A stretch of 64,000 bases of DNA from Eledone cirrhosa (Eukaryota). The stretch lies in contig OZ024746.1 in NCBI GenBank assembly GCA_964016885.1, positions 12,896,001 through 12,960,000 on the forward strand. The letters run 5' to 3'. The position numbers and the translations under genes were made by a program. The notes under the pieces are model-generated. The model ran no database searches, was not told the DNA's origin, and saw only the letters and a list, made by a program, of their open reading frames with translations. Positions 1-13,031 of the stretch are shown here, piece after piece. The number at the start of each line of letters is the position of its first letter. The first letter of the stretch is position 1.

Positions 1-1505
1 TTAAATTACGAGGAGCAATTCTTTCCTTTTTTGGAGGGTCTTTTGTGTTGTATGTGTGTGTGTGTGTGGGGGGGGGGGGTCATCTTTCTTAGTGCCTTTA
101 AGAACAAAATATATAAGTGAATCCATAGCGAATTCAAGCAGAGTAACAACCAGTATATCTTAATTTCCTTGGTGGCTGTTATATTTTCTCTATCTACCAT
201 GCCTTAGAGAGACTTCTTTTGTTATGTGAGCAATTCTGAGTAGTTGTGCAATTGTAAGTGGACTGTTGAGATAGGAGGAGTAACTATAGGAAAGTTTTAG
301 ATCAGATGTGGGCACCTGTTTTTGAGCAGTGGGCCACATGAGATATGGCTCATTACTAAAAACATTCAAGGTAATTTTGAAATCAGGCATGCCATTCAGA
401 GAGCGAAATAAGCTGTAGTTTGTTTGTGACTGTTTTAGATTGTGATGTGAGATCTGGGAAATTGACACATCTTCCCATGGTGGATTTTCTTAGTCTGCCA
501 CACACAACCACCAAAATACTGACCTACAACCTCAGAGCCCCATAACTTAGATACCATTCTCTTGTGGAAGGATTAACAGTGCCAATTGTACACAGGTAGA
601 ACAATAGATAAATTTCCCTTGTGGAAAGACAGTTTGTTCATTCAGCCTTACAATGTAGCGACACAGTCACACACACTCGCTAGCCAGCTTACAACACTAG
701 TTGAGAACATTTACCAACACAGGTTAGTTAAATATTACTATATTTACATACATAACACACTACAACTATACATGCACCTTTTTCCGTTGTTCATTGCTGC
801 ACATGATTTCAAAGTAATTCATGTTACAAATAAAAACATTAAAATTAGTAGTGTCTTGTTCATTTGTTAATTCTTATCCATGTGATATGGGAAAAGTCAT
901 CTTCCCCCATTGTAATATCACTTTACACCACAACAAGTGAGTATAACTTCTTGTTTCCCTGAATATAGCAAAACTTCTCTCAACTCACTGAGACAAACTT
1001 CACTTCTTCACTTGTCATTATTTGACTGCTATTGTGCATTTTTACTCAAGCTTATTGTAAACCTCCACTGTCCGCGTCTTTGTATTGTCCCCTACATATC
1101 GGCCCTTGTGGCCAATAAAATCATTATTTGACCTACAAGCTACTCTCTCATCATCTTCACACTTCATCATTACTACTACTACTGCTACTGCTACTACTAC
1201 TACTACTGCTGCTAATGAATGAATCAACCAAACAACAGCAAACAAACCAAAACTCATATCAACTGCTGCTAAATATCTTGGGCTGCACTATTTTGAAAGA
1301 CTGATTAGAGAAAGATTTAGCTGCTATTTCTAGTCTGTCAATCTACCACATTGGCTTCTTGTTGTAGTTATTGTTGGTGGTGATTATTACGATGATCATA
1401 ATGATAATAAATGCGATAACAATGATAGTGGTGGTGCTACTGATTACCTAAAACATATGTGAAATTATAAAAATGTCACATCATTGTTGATGTGACAATA
1501 TTATA

Positions 1506-1687
1506 ATTGTTTCTACTTTAGGCACAAGGCCAGCAATTACCCAGTACAACACTGGTACTTTATTTTATCGACCCCGTAAGGATGAAAGGCAAAGTCAACC
1601 TCGGCGGGATTTGAACTCAGATCGTAAAGGGATGTAACTATGCTGGAAAGCATGGCGTCGGACCCTCTACCAATACTGCCAATCCAC
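1506..1687 (-). mobile_element. tRNA-derived SINE, main family of this window
   Basis: Reverse complement matches the consensus GTGGATTGGCAGTATCGGTAGAGGGTCGGAC...GAGTTCAAATCCCGCCGAGGTTGACTTTGCC...GTAGAAACAAT, with A-box- and B-box-like motifs, seen more than 15 times in the window. Confidence 0.85.
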
Positions 1688-1767
1688 ATAGCAGCCTATA
1701 TATGGACGAGTGAGAAAATCTTTATATGGTCGCCCAACTTGCAATCAAATCTGTCACTAATCATGCC

Positions 1768-3225
1768 CTATGATAGAGAACTATTGTCCAGTCAGTCTTA
1801 CTAGCTGCATTGCTAAGCTGGTGGAATCCTGTGTCAGAGAAACTCTTTGGAACTTCTGGAACTCTCACAGTCTTTTCCGGCCCTCACAATTTGAATTTAC
1901 CCCTAACTCCAGCTGCTGTGATCAATTTATCGAGTTTCTTGAAGACATCACCCGGAACACTGATGGCAGCTCATGGGTGGATGTTGCTTACCTTGACTTT
2001 GCGAAGGCTTTCAATTCTGTGCCACACAAAAGGCTTATGGCAAACTCTCTGCAATGGGTGTGAAGGATGATCTTTTTAACTGGTTGAAGTCCTTCATTCT
2101 CAGTCGAAGAGAGGTAGTCACGGTTCTGGGACAGCATTCCTCACCATATGGGATGTCATCTGGTGTACCACATGGATCTGTTCTTGGCCCCCTTTTGCTT
2201 GTGGCATATATTAATGACATAGATGCTAACTTAAAGAATGCCACAGAACTGAAGTATGCAGATGTCATCAAGCTGTACCTTGAGATAAAAAGGACAGATC
2301 CTGAACACTATAGATCTTGCTTGCAGTCTGACCTGGACACAATGCAACAATGGATCACAGACTGGCAACTCAAGCTAGCTGTGGACAAGTGTACCACCAT
2401 GCATTTTGGGAGTAAATACCCAGTGTCCACATACTCCCTCCACAGCACTAATATCAAGAAGTCTTCTTGTGAACGTGACCTGGGAATTATGGTCAGCAGC
2501 GATTTGTGTTGGACAAAGCACGTCTCTAAAATTGTCAAGAAGGCCGAGGGTGTCTTAGCATCACTCAACAAGACCTTTGTCAGCCGCTCTCCAGCTATCT
2601 ATTTAAAGCTGTATATAGCTATGGTGCGGCCACACTTAGAATTTGCATCACCAGTCTGGAACCCTTATCTTGCTCAGAATATTGGCCGCCTGGAAACTGT
2701 TCTGAGATGTGTAACCAAGCGAATACCCTCCATCAGGCATCTACCATACTCTAAACGCCTTGCTTCCCTGGGCATGGACACATTGAAGTTCTGATGTCTG
2801 GCAACTGACTTGGTAAACACCCACAAAATTATTAACCATCTTGCCAACAACAATCCTGAGTACCTTTTTGATTTCCATGTGTCTAACACACGTGGGCATC
2901 CCACAAAGTCAGAAAATAGCACAGCTCCCTTGACTTTCGAAAACATTTTTTCACGCTCAGAGTTGCTGAAGCATAGAACAAACTGCCTGCATCAGTTATT
3001 AGCTGTCGAGACACTGCATCCTTTAAAACTTCCATGTTTCCTGAGATTCGCCAACACAACACCTAATATTCCCCCTCCATACACACGCACACATGTATAT
3101 TATGACTCACACTATTCACCTCCCTGATATTTGTATTTTATTCTATGTACTATACATGCACCTTTGATGAGTTGTAGTGCACCTGGCACTACACAATAAT
3201 TTCATTATTATTATTATTATTATTA
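1768..3225 (+). mobile_element. 5'-truncated CR1-like LINE: decayed RT and 3' UTR with (ATT)n tail
   Basis: ORFs 1770-2063 and 2054-2794 carry NYCPVSLTS, YLDFAKAFNSVPH, SGVPHGSVLGP, YADV (mutated YADD), ERDLG and VRPHLEFASPVWNP. There is a frameshift, and the element ends in (ATT)n at about 3205-3224. Confidence 0.88.
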
Positions 3226-3941
3226 CAATGTAGATCAAGTTACATTGCTTGAAGACTGTTCTTTCTCCAGCATGCACAATTTTTCAAGAATTTATTCCAA
3301 TTTTTTTTTAAATTATCTCACCTACAATTGCATCGATAAAAAATTAAAGATATACTAGTGTGCACTATATGAGTCATTAGAGTGGCAGATAAAAAGAGGC
3401 TTCAGTATTTGTTCCAGCTCACTGCACTCTTGCTGAGGTCAACTTTGCCTTTTATCCTTACAAGGTTGATAAACAAAATACCACCCCAGTACGGAAGTCG
3501 ATCCACCCCTGTGTGCGTGTGTATAATACAAATTCAAAAGCTATATTTTGAAAAACTCATAGTATTTTGTACACATATTTAATACAAATACTATTCCGCA
3601 AAAAGTATACATACTTAAGGTGGAATAATAAGTGATATTCCTGACAGTACTGTTTTACAGTTCCAAGAGAATATTAGGCAAGTGAAAATCAATCCAAATA
3701 ATTGATTACTGATTATTGAATCCAGAAAAAATTGCCGTAATTCCTTTTATTGATTAACTAACTATGCAATCCACACCTGATGATGTTGCCAAGATCTTGC
3801 GTAACCAGGCCATTGACATCAATACAACTTTAAAGGGATATCAACAGGCCGATCTCATGTTACTTTAATCAAATTAATATTTAACTCTGTTCCTGCACCA
3901 GCCATAGTTGTCGTACAAGGAAAAGAGCGTCTGTGGTACTT

Positions 3942-5900
3942 TTACCTGACACAAACCCAAATTCGCTCTCTGATTAGTTGCGCTATAACTCTTTCTGTGA
4001 CCTTCATGACCTGGTCAATTAACTTAATGCCTCTATAGTTTCCTCTATCTAGAGCATCTCCTTTACCCTTGTAGCAGTTAATGATGATGCTGCTACGCCA
4101 GTCTTTTGGTATGACCCCATTCTGTATTACTTGGTTAACTATACGGGTGACCATAGTATGTCCCACCATTCCAGATGCCTTCAACATCTCAGCAACTATC
4201 TCTGAAGGCCCAGCTGCTTTGCCTGTCTTCATATCTTTGATTTCCTTACTTATTATACTACCTTTAACTTGCACCGCTGATCCTTCTATTGGATCGATTT
4301 GGGGCAGACTATCTTTTTCCCACTTATTCTCCTCATTTAATAGTCTCTCGTAGTAACACTTCCAGGCTATCTTCTTATCAGCATCAGTGAGGGCAAGTAC
4401 ACCGTTATCATTACGGACACACTTCTCCCTGACAATATCACGGTTTTCCTTGACACATCGTCTAGCAATCCTGAACACCTCGCGTTTTTGGTCCTCGAGT
4501 TGTAGAACATGCTTGAACTTTCTATCCTCTGCTTCCCTTTTTTGCAAGGTACACTTGTCTCCTAGCTTTTCTCCTGGCTACTTGATAGTGCTCTCTACTT
4601 CCCCCATCCTGCCAAACTTTCCAAGCCTGCTTTTTGGCCTTGATTGTCTCTTCTACCTTACTGTTCCACCACCAAGTTACTCTCCTCCTGCCAATAGGTC
4701 TGCTCTAGCCACAGATTTCATCCGTTGCTTTCAGCAGGTTCACTTTCAAGAATTGCCACTGTTCCTCTATATCACACGTCTCTAATTGCTCTTCCTTATT
4801 GTCAAAGGCATAAGTAATAAGCTTTTAAATTTGTCACTGGCTATGGGGTCCTTCAACTTCCATATTCTTCTCCTCAAGGTAGGCCTCCTCTGTCGTCGAG
4901 TACGTCTCGTCCTGACTATGAGGTCACTAACTACTAGGCTATGTTGGGAGGTACATTTTCACGGGGGAGGGATTTAGTGTTTACAACAGACACTTTGTCC
5001 CGTCTTCTAGTAAGGATATAATCTATCTGGCTGGCGTGTTCCCCTGATCTACAGGTGATCAAGTGGTTTTCACGTTTTTTGAAGTTTGTGTTACAGATAG
5101 TTAGGTTATTGGCGTCACAGAATTCCAGGATTCTGAAGCCTTCCTCATTTCTATTTCCAACCCCATAGCCTCCATGGATTCCATCATAGCCATCACTATG
5201 TTGTCCAACGTGGCCATTTAGATCACCAGCAATAATTAGGTAGTCGCTGTCGGTTATTTGGGAGGTAGTGTGCATTAGCGTCTCATAGAACCTGTCCTTT
5301 ATAACGTCAGGTAGACCAGATTGGGGTGCGTAAGCGGATATTATTGTCACAGTTATTTTATTTAGAACTAGTCTTATTTTAATTATTCCGTCATTTACTC
5401 TATTTACGTCAATTTCCTTATCTACCCATTTTTCAGCTAACATAATTCTTACTCCACCCTGTCCATTGTCGTTTCCCACCCAGAAAAGTTTATAGCATCG
5501 TTTTTTACCCACAATGAATCTGGCAGACCCCCCTCTCCACCTAGTCTCTTGAATACAACAAACATCAACATCTTTACGTTCAAGCATCTCTACAACCTCA
5601 TTTAGAGCGACCTTTCAATGTGCCTACGTTCATGGTACCAACTCTGAAGTTGGGAGGGTGGGATGGATGGGTTGGAGGGGCAGGGAGGGGTGTGGGAGAC
5701 GGGATTTTGTTGGTCATCCGTGTCTGAAATAAAGAGGGGTCCTTGTATTCTCGTCTTGCAGCGGGAGGTGAATTTATCTTTATCTGTGACATTGTCATTG
5801 AGTGCTTAGACTTTTCAAATTTCCGCAGTCAACCCATCAAACAGGTCTAAACTTAAGGAGTAGTAACCGAGGTGGTAGCTTTGCTATACTGATTTGTTAG
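3942..5900 (-). mobile_element. RTE-clade LINE 5' portion (APE endonuclease and start of RT), decayed
   Basis: RVGTMNVGTLKGR, CCIQETRW, SAYAPQ, AGDLNGHVG and QIDYIL (APE, 4934-5798); GKAAGPS and YKGKGDALDRGNYRGIKL (RT start, 3942-4547). Stops and frameshifts are present. Confidence 0.88.
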
Positions 5901-6359
5901 AGAACTTACTAAAGCCGCAGAGTTCTGATTGGACCATATAACAATGGTGGTGGGCGGGAAATGGGTAACTTTAGGAGAAGGTTAGTTTTTAGGAAGGGTC
6001 CAACAGCCAACAGACTGAGACATATTAAAAACATGTAAATATATAAATAAACGGAGAATTTGAATTTTAGACTGGCACAAACTAATAGTTTAAAGCACTG
6101 CCTATATAGAAGATTACGGAGAGAAGAAAAGACAAGTATTGCTTACATTCTCAAAATCGACAAATCGCCTGTAAGATAGATTGGATAGATAAATTCTGTC
6201 CTTGGGACTAGCAAGATTTGTTTTATACTTGCGATCAGGCATGGGGGGGGGGGTATGAGAAGGAACAAGGGTTTACAAGCAGGGAGCGAAATGCAGGAAG
6301 GTTCTAGAATAATTATTCAATAACAATACTAGAATGCATAAATATATATATGTATATAT

Positions 6360-6965
6360 ATCATCATCATCATCATTTTTATGTCTGCTTGCATGGGTTG
6401 TATGGGTCCTTCTCAGCACAGCATCTCTCCACTTGTCACATTTCTTCGTCATCTCCTCTGCCAGTCTTAGCAATTTGAGGTCCATTCTCACAACCTCTGT
6501 CCAGGTCTTTCTTGGTCATCCTCTATTGCAGCTTCCTTCCACTGGGATGTTCTGACACTTCTTCACCTATTGGTCATCATCCAAGCGCATCACATGTCCA
6601 TACTATTGCAGTCTTCTCTCTGCATACCACCTCAGATTCCTCTTAAACTCAGTTTCTCCCTCAGTTCATCCAAGCTCTGCCTTTCTCTCACACTGACATT
6701 GCCCATCCAATGAAGCATGGTTGCTTCATTTCTCTCCCGTTTACGCATGTTCTCTGCAGTCACAGCCCATGTTTCACTACCATGCAGCATCGCTCACTGC
6801 ACACAGGTATTATACAGTCATCCTTTTGTACATAGGGAGAAACCCAACAGTGGGAGTACCTCTCTAAACTTCTTCCATCCTATCCTTATTCTAGCTATTA
6901 TACTCTCAGCTCACCTTTTTCTGTTGCTAATTAAGTCACCAAGATAGCAGAAACTATTAACCACC
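6360..6965 (-). mobile_element. RTE-clade LINE 3' fragment ending in (GAT)n tail
   Basis: Minus-strand remnants of the RTE C-terminus (RGRPRKTW-like, KWRDAVLRRT) followed by (GAT)n. Confidence 0.7.
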
Positions 6966-7790
6966 TGTAAGCTGATTGTGTGCATTACAGGTTCCGTTCA
7001 TCTGATGGGCTTCCAAACAATTTCCATCAACACAATTTCACTCAACATACATGAGTTGACATGAATGACCCTTGCCCAACATCCAATACTGCTGTTACAA
7101 GAAATGCTCAGTCCACTCCATAAAGTAGTGCGGCTTAAAATAAAATTTCACTGGAGATAGATTAGCAAAATATAATAAGCGGGGAGTTGGGTGGAATAAG
7201 AGCGGAATCTGAAAAATTAATAAGCAGGGGGAAGGGGGTGAGGGGGTACTAGGGTGGTGGGGGTGGGGTGACCATTATTCGAGACACCAGAGTATGTATA
7301 ATTCTCTGAGTTACTACTTATCTTTCTCTCTACGTTTTTCACAATGATCATTGCCTTATTATTTGCTTTGAATAATTTGTATTGTTGTATTTCATGATGG
7401 AACCTCTCACCCAGTAACGCAGCAATGAATGGTAAAAGCAATGCTGACATATCTGATAGCATCACACCCTTCTAAATACAAAGCTTCAATGTCCATGACG
7501 AAACAAATAAGCTATCTATTTATCTCTCTATCTCACCACACATTTCTGTATACATGCATGCATAAACACACACACACATATATATATATATATATGTGTG
7601 TGTATATGTTGTGTTCTACCCAGCACTACATTACAGTATATATATATATGTGTGTGTGTGTGTTAATAAAAAACCCATGATCACATGACACACTTTTGGT
7701 TTCTGTTGCAAGGAATTTGCAATATGTACATATGCAATTGAAGTGGATGTACCACCAATAATATGAAAAAGACAAAACAATATATATATA

Positions 7791-7868
7791 CAGGGTGTCC
7801 CAAAAATGTATACACACTTTGATTAGAATGCTGTTGAAGTGTGTATACATTTTTTGGGAACACTCTGT
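7791..7868. mobile_element. Tc1/mariner-type MITE (short palindrome)
   Basis: TA-CAGGGTGTCCCAAAAATGTATACACACTT...AAGTGTGTATACATTTTTTGGGAACACTCTG; a related left end lies at about 56695. Confidence 0.6.
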
Positions 7869-8754
7869 CTGCACTTTGATGATGATATATATAGATGATG
7901 ATGATGATATATATATATCATCATCATCATCATTTTACATCTACTTTTCCCTGCTTGCAAGGGTGGGATGGGTCCTATTCAGCACAGCATATATCTATAT
8001 ATACATATATACATGGTGGCTGCCAACTCGTTTTCCACTACTTTATATCCATGTAGGAGAACCCATACTGATGCACTGAACGAGTGTGACTTTTTAGTCC
8101 AGCCAGCGACTTGAAAACTCTGGTACAAACACTACACTTGTGACAATTATTGACACATAGTGCTGGGCCCATGGTACCATGTGATGACAAGTGCAGAGAG
8201 ATCTCCAGATATAAAGCAATGCCTGTGCCGTGAAGCTTTTATAGTGAGCAAAGGCACTGCACAAAGCCAGTCCCACTCTCTTAACCAACGACCTGACCAT
8301 GAGACAGGTTGTACTGTGATACATGTTACATATATACATATATACATTCATACATACATACATATATATATACATACATACACACATACATATATATATA
8401 TACAGTATATATATATATATATGTCCCAGCACCTTAGCCATACTATCACCCACAGTAATACTCCCAATGTGTTGACTTTCCTCAAAAAGTATTAGACAGA
8501 GACAACGGCACGCCATGTGATGCGTGACTGATTGACCCACATTTCTTAATGTTGACTTAATATTTCCTTTCATTTTGATTTTCATGTGAAATATTCATGT
8601 AATTAAGTAATAGAGATACATCTGTGTATCTGTTGATTTTTCACAGCTATGGCATTTGTGTTTGTAATTTCAGTCTATCTATATTCTCAACATATTTGTT
8701 TTGGAAAAAAAATATCAAGTTTGCTATTATGTAATTATATGTACATCCTGTCAT

Positions 8755-9095
8755 TTCATTTTCATTTCACTTTACGTCCGCTTTTTCCCTACTTACAAGG
8801 GTGGGACGGGAACTGATGCTGGCTTGATTTCTACAGCTGGATGCCCTTCCTAACACCAACCTCATTTACAGTGAGTGCTGGGTGCTTTTTTGTCGTGGCA
8901 CCTCCACGACCACTTTGCAGTGGAATGATATGGACCCCAGTCCCTATCAATCTCATTTCTACAGCTGAGTAAACTGGAGCAATGTGAAATAAAGGGTCTT
9001 GCTCAAGGAAACAACACATCACCCGGTCTGATAATTGAACTCACAACCTTTCGATTGCAAGGCCAATGCTCTAACCACTAAGCCATGTGCCTCCA
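8755..9095 (-). mobile_element. tRNA-head CORE-like SINE with RTE-type 3' tail
   Basis: The minus strand has TGGCTTAGTGG (A box), GAGTTCAAT (B box) and CORE-like TGTTTCCTTGAGCAAG. A near-identical copy lies at 57365-57667. Confidence 0.75.
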
Positions 9096-9115
9096 TATTT
9101 ATTTCGATATAATAG

Positions 9116-9159
<44 letters not shown>

Positions 9160-9224
9160 ATGTGTATGAAAATACAACAAATAATATGATATGATTGGTT
9201 GACTTATGATAATAATAATAATAA

Positions 9225-9351
9225 TTGTTTCTTATATAGGCACAAGACCAACAATTTTGGGGGCAGGGGAAAGTCGATTAAATCAACCCCAGTGCGTGAC
9301 TGGTACTATATTCTATCGACCCCGTAAGGATGAAAGGCAAAGTTAGCCTCG
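9225..9351 (-). mobile_element. 5'-truncated SINE (main family) inserted in an (AAT)n tract
   Basis: Matches the SINE 3' half; GATAATAATAAT is present on both sides. Confidence 0.7.
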
Positions 9352-9600
9352 ATAATAATAATTCTTTCTTTATTAACCACAAGGGTTGACATAAAGTATA
9401 ACATTAAGGACAGCACAGGACAGTACAAATGAGCATTTCTGCGTGTAAAAAAAAAAATTATATATATAAAAAACAAGAACAAAAAATGTAACAAAAAAAA
9501 AATGAAACAAGGAAAAATTCCCGAATAGTTGGGAGACTTTGGAGAGCCACTTGTGAAGAAAGCCCAGAAAAAGGTACGGTCATCCTGACTGCTAGGGCAA
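9352..9600 (-). mobile_element. Solo 3' UTR fragment of the Tx1-type element
   Basis: Highly similar to 38747-38960 (TTCTTTATTAACCACAAGGG...CATTTCTGCGTGTAAAAAAA...). Confidence 0.8.
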
Positions 9601-9747
9601 TAATAATGAAAATGATTGTGTACAGTGCTCAAGTGCACTGTGTATGTGTGTGGAAATATATGTAGGTGTAAAAAAGAAAAAGGGAAACAGTGCTGAATCA
9701 GGATGAAAGCTGATATACTATTTATTTATGTTCATACACAGAACAAG

Positions 9748-9834
9748 AGCACTACCTAAGGTTTCAAGACCCAATATTGACCAAATCTCTAGATTGTAAG
9801 AGAGATCAAAATTGTGACCTAATCTTCAGATGCT
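9748..9834 (-). ncRNA. Type I hammerhead ribozyme with extended stem II
   Basis: Minus strand: AGCAT CTGAAGA [~57 nt hairpin] GAAA CCTTAGG TA/GTGCT. Stem I is 5 bp; stem III is A-U, C-G, C-G. Confidence 0.7.
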
Positions 9835-10126
9835 TAAACAAAGGAGTTTAAAGTCCTTGAAAATGATGTCACAATTTTGATCCCTCTTATATACTCAATG
9901 TTGGGTCTTGAAACCTTATGTAGTGCTTTTGTTCTGTGTATGAACATCAATAAATTATGTATATATATATATATATATTATTGTAATTGTAATTTTGAAT
10001 CTTATTGTACAATTATAGTATAACATAATATATGTCGCATCCATCCCACACTGTTGTCCACAATATGTATCTGTATGACTCTTCAGCAGAATAAGAGGTT
10101 GATTATATGTACAAACATTATTAATA

Positions 10127-10175
10127 ATGCTCCGAAGACTCCAAGCCTAGGCTTGGAAGAAACAATTGTCAGCAA
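10127..10175 (+). ncRNA. Hammerhead-like motif with core variant CCGAAGA
   Basis: TGCT CCGAAGA CTCCAAGCCTAGGCTTGGAA GAAA CAATTG TC/AGCA, with a palindromic stem III and a U-to-C change in the core. Confidence 0.6.
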
Positions 10176-11537
10176 TTAAATGTTCTAACATAGCTTTGAT
10201 TCTTGTGTATTCTATATATATATATATATATGAAAAATGGTGTGCTGCGTAGTTGCAAATGGGTTGCATATGAATAAAATTAGTCCTTCATCAGTGATCT
10301 TCCAACCTTCATTGGTATTTCTTCGCTTTAAAGATCATATACCTCTGGTTGGTGCGAGCAATAACTAAAGAGAGTTATTGGGACACGTAAAATAGGGTGA
10401 AGCGAGCGAGACATGTAAACAAACAAAGATGGTAAAGCAACGGAAAGAGAGGAAGAGAAGAGACAAGTCCATGATATCTATGAACTTAAGTTCTGTGAAA
10501 TCATAGACGAGAGGTAAAGACCATCCGACCTGCATGAGATGTGAGCGAGAAAAGGATTTCACGCAGGTCAACGAAAGGAAGTGAGAGAGGGGGAGTAGCA
10601 GAGAGTGAGTGAGTGAAAGTGTGAGGAAGAGGCCAGCTGAGAGAGAGACTGGCAGAGGGGGTAAAAAATATATAGACATATATATAAATATATATATAAA
10701 TCCCGCTGAGGTTAACTTTGCCTTTCATCCTTACGGGGTCGATAAAATAAAGTTCCAGTAATACACTGGGATAATTGCTGGTTTTGTGCCAAAAGTAGAA
10801 ACAAATATAAATATATATATATATATATATATTATTGTCATCATCATCATAATCACTGTTTAAGATCTTTTTTTTTTCCATGGGTTGTCTACGTTATGAT
10901 GGCTGCAAACTCTGCTAAAAGTATTGCAATCGCTTGTCAGATTATAAAGTTTGGTGCTATTTTAGGCTATAGCCAGCCACACAAACCTGTAACATATCCT
11001 GAACAAGCAATGCCTGTGCTTTGAATGTTTTTTAAGTGGGGAAAGGCCTTTCACTCGACCAATCTCACTTTCTGAGCATCGAAAACACTACTTGAAAAGG
11101 AGAACTGGTCAACATCCTCGGATGCTTCTGGAGCCACAGGTTTTTTTTCAGAGTTTCCCTCTCCTAGAAAGTTGTTGAGACAACAACTGGGGGCTTTCGC
11201 AGGTAAAACAAAAAGTACTATTTGGATGACCGCTGACTCTGTTGAGTTCTTCTGCCCTTTGCCAGGTCTTTTATTTCATCCCGCAGGGTGTCCTAATATC
11301 ACCCTTCTCACCAAGCTAGCTTGGTGGGTTTGCTGGTTTAGTCACCGACGACCCGACCATGAGACAGGTTGTATTGGGTTACATGTTACCAGTAGCACTC
11401 GAGATCGACCTGACATAAGGAAAAATAGAGATAGTTCTATTGCCATAGAAGATCTTAACTTGAAAAAGGCTTTAGTATACAATAGGGTGACATATAAAAT
11501 ACCACTATATATATATATAGATATATATATATATAGA

Positions 11538-12680
11538 AGATCTACACCCAAAATGAGGGAGCAGCCATTGGCGTCAGCAAGCTGGTGACGTTGCCAACCT
11601 TTTTATGGTTTTATGGTGGAAAAGGAGACTCAAAGATCTCCTTGATGAGAGCTCCATAGACCTCATCATGTACTCTCGTTACGTAGACGATATCAATATA
11701 GTAATAAGAACATCCGCACAAGAGAGTACTAACAAATATGATTTAGAATGTAGCACAATGGAAAGCATCCAGCAGATAGCTAATTCCATACACCAGAGTA
11801 TAACTGTAACTATCGACTACCCTTCCAAACACCCTAACAGTAGACTACCTGTATTAGACATGGAACTCTGGATTAACACTATAGACGAGAAGGCCCAAAT
11901 TCTCTACTCACACTACGCTAAACCCATGGCCTCCAAATACCTGATACTCAAAAACTCATCAATGTCCAGTAGTGCTAGGTTTAATATTCTGATCGCAGAC
12001 TTGGTACGAGTGATGAAGAACGTGTCACGCATGTGCAACCCAACAGAAATGGAAAGACACATCCAACACTTCATCAACCGCATGCAGTTCTCTAGCTACA
12101 ACCAAAGAGACAGAATCAGAGTATACAAAGGAGCCACGGAGAAGTATAAGACCCTCATAGAACTGGACATGAAAGGAATTTGCTCATTATACAGGAGCAA
12201 ATCATGGAATAGCTTAGATAGGACTAAACATAAGATAGGGAAAGCCACCTCATGGTACGACAACCAGAGATACCAGAGTGTCATGTTCGTGGACGCTACC
12301 CCTGGAGGGAAATTAGCTAACCAGTGTAGAAAGGTCCTGAGAAAGACCCACTTAAAGATTAAGGTGGTAGAAAAGCCAGGAACTTCCATAAAATCCCTGA
12401 TCAGCAAAACATACCCTTTTAAGAAAACCCACTGTACTAATAGGAAATGTATTATATGCAAAGTAAACCCCTGGATAAACTGTAAAACTAGAAACGTAGT
12501 CTATAGCATATGTACAGAGGGTACTTGCAGAAACATGACAACAACAAACAACATACATAGGCGAGACAGTTCGTAGCATAGGTGAAAGGATAGACCAACA
12601 CTTGGGGGGGTCGGGGTTAAAAGGACGAAAAAACGGTTCAGTACTATATGAACACGCCAGACAACAACATGATATTACAT
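11538..12680 (+). mobile_element. Penelope-like element fragment (RT C-terminal half, Cys-rich linker, start of GIY-YIG)
   Basis: ORF 11605-12576 has YSRYVDDI, LPVLD, HYAKPMAS, FVDATPGG and CxxxxCxxC...C-NVVY, then a frameshifted YIGET...GER...H. Motif B (QNEGAAIG) lies upstream, and the fragment starts right after (TA)n. Confidence 0.85.
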
Positions 12681-12740
12681 GATATTAAATGATATTAAAT
12701 GATATTAAATAAATGGAAACTATATTTATAAAACCATATT

Positions 12741-12801
12741 TATTCTATTATATATATTTCAAGGGTACCAAAACTTTGGTACGCTCTCATCAGATAAAAT
12801 A
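12741..12801 (-). ncRNA. Minimal type I hammerhead ribozyme
   Basis: TATTTTAT CTGATGA GAGCGTACCAAAGTTTTGGTACCCTT GAAA TATATA TA/ATAGAATA. Confidence 0.8.
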
Positions 12802-12931
12802 CAAAGTTTGTTTTATAAATATTGACATAACCAGGAAGAAGAGCTTAACGGTTCAAGTTTTCTATCCAGGAATAACTTGAACAGTTAAGATCCTATTCCT
12901 GGTTATGTCAATATTTATAAAACAAACTTTG

Positions 12932-12992
12932 TATTTTATCTGATGAGAGTGTACCAAAGTTTTGGTACCCTTGAAATATATATAATAGAATA
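12932..12992 (+). ncRNA. Minimal type I hammerhead ribozyme
   Basis: TATTTTAT CTGATGA GAGTGTACCAAAGTTTTGGTACCCTT GAAA TATATA TA/ATAGAATA; 8-bp stem I and palindromic stem III. Confidence 0.8.
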
Positions 12993-13031
12993 AATATGGT
13001 TTTATAAATATAGTTTCCATTTATTTAATAT

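Noticed and set aside
190-870. Short ORFs at the window start
   Set aside because: No recognisable motifs; cannot be distinguished from random ORFs.
10260-10340. Minus-strand CTGATGA in a (TA)n-flanked module
   Set aside because: There is no downstream GAAA or closing stems.
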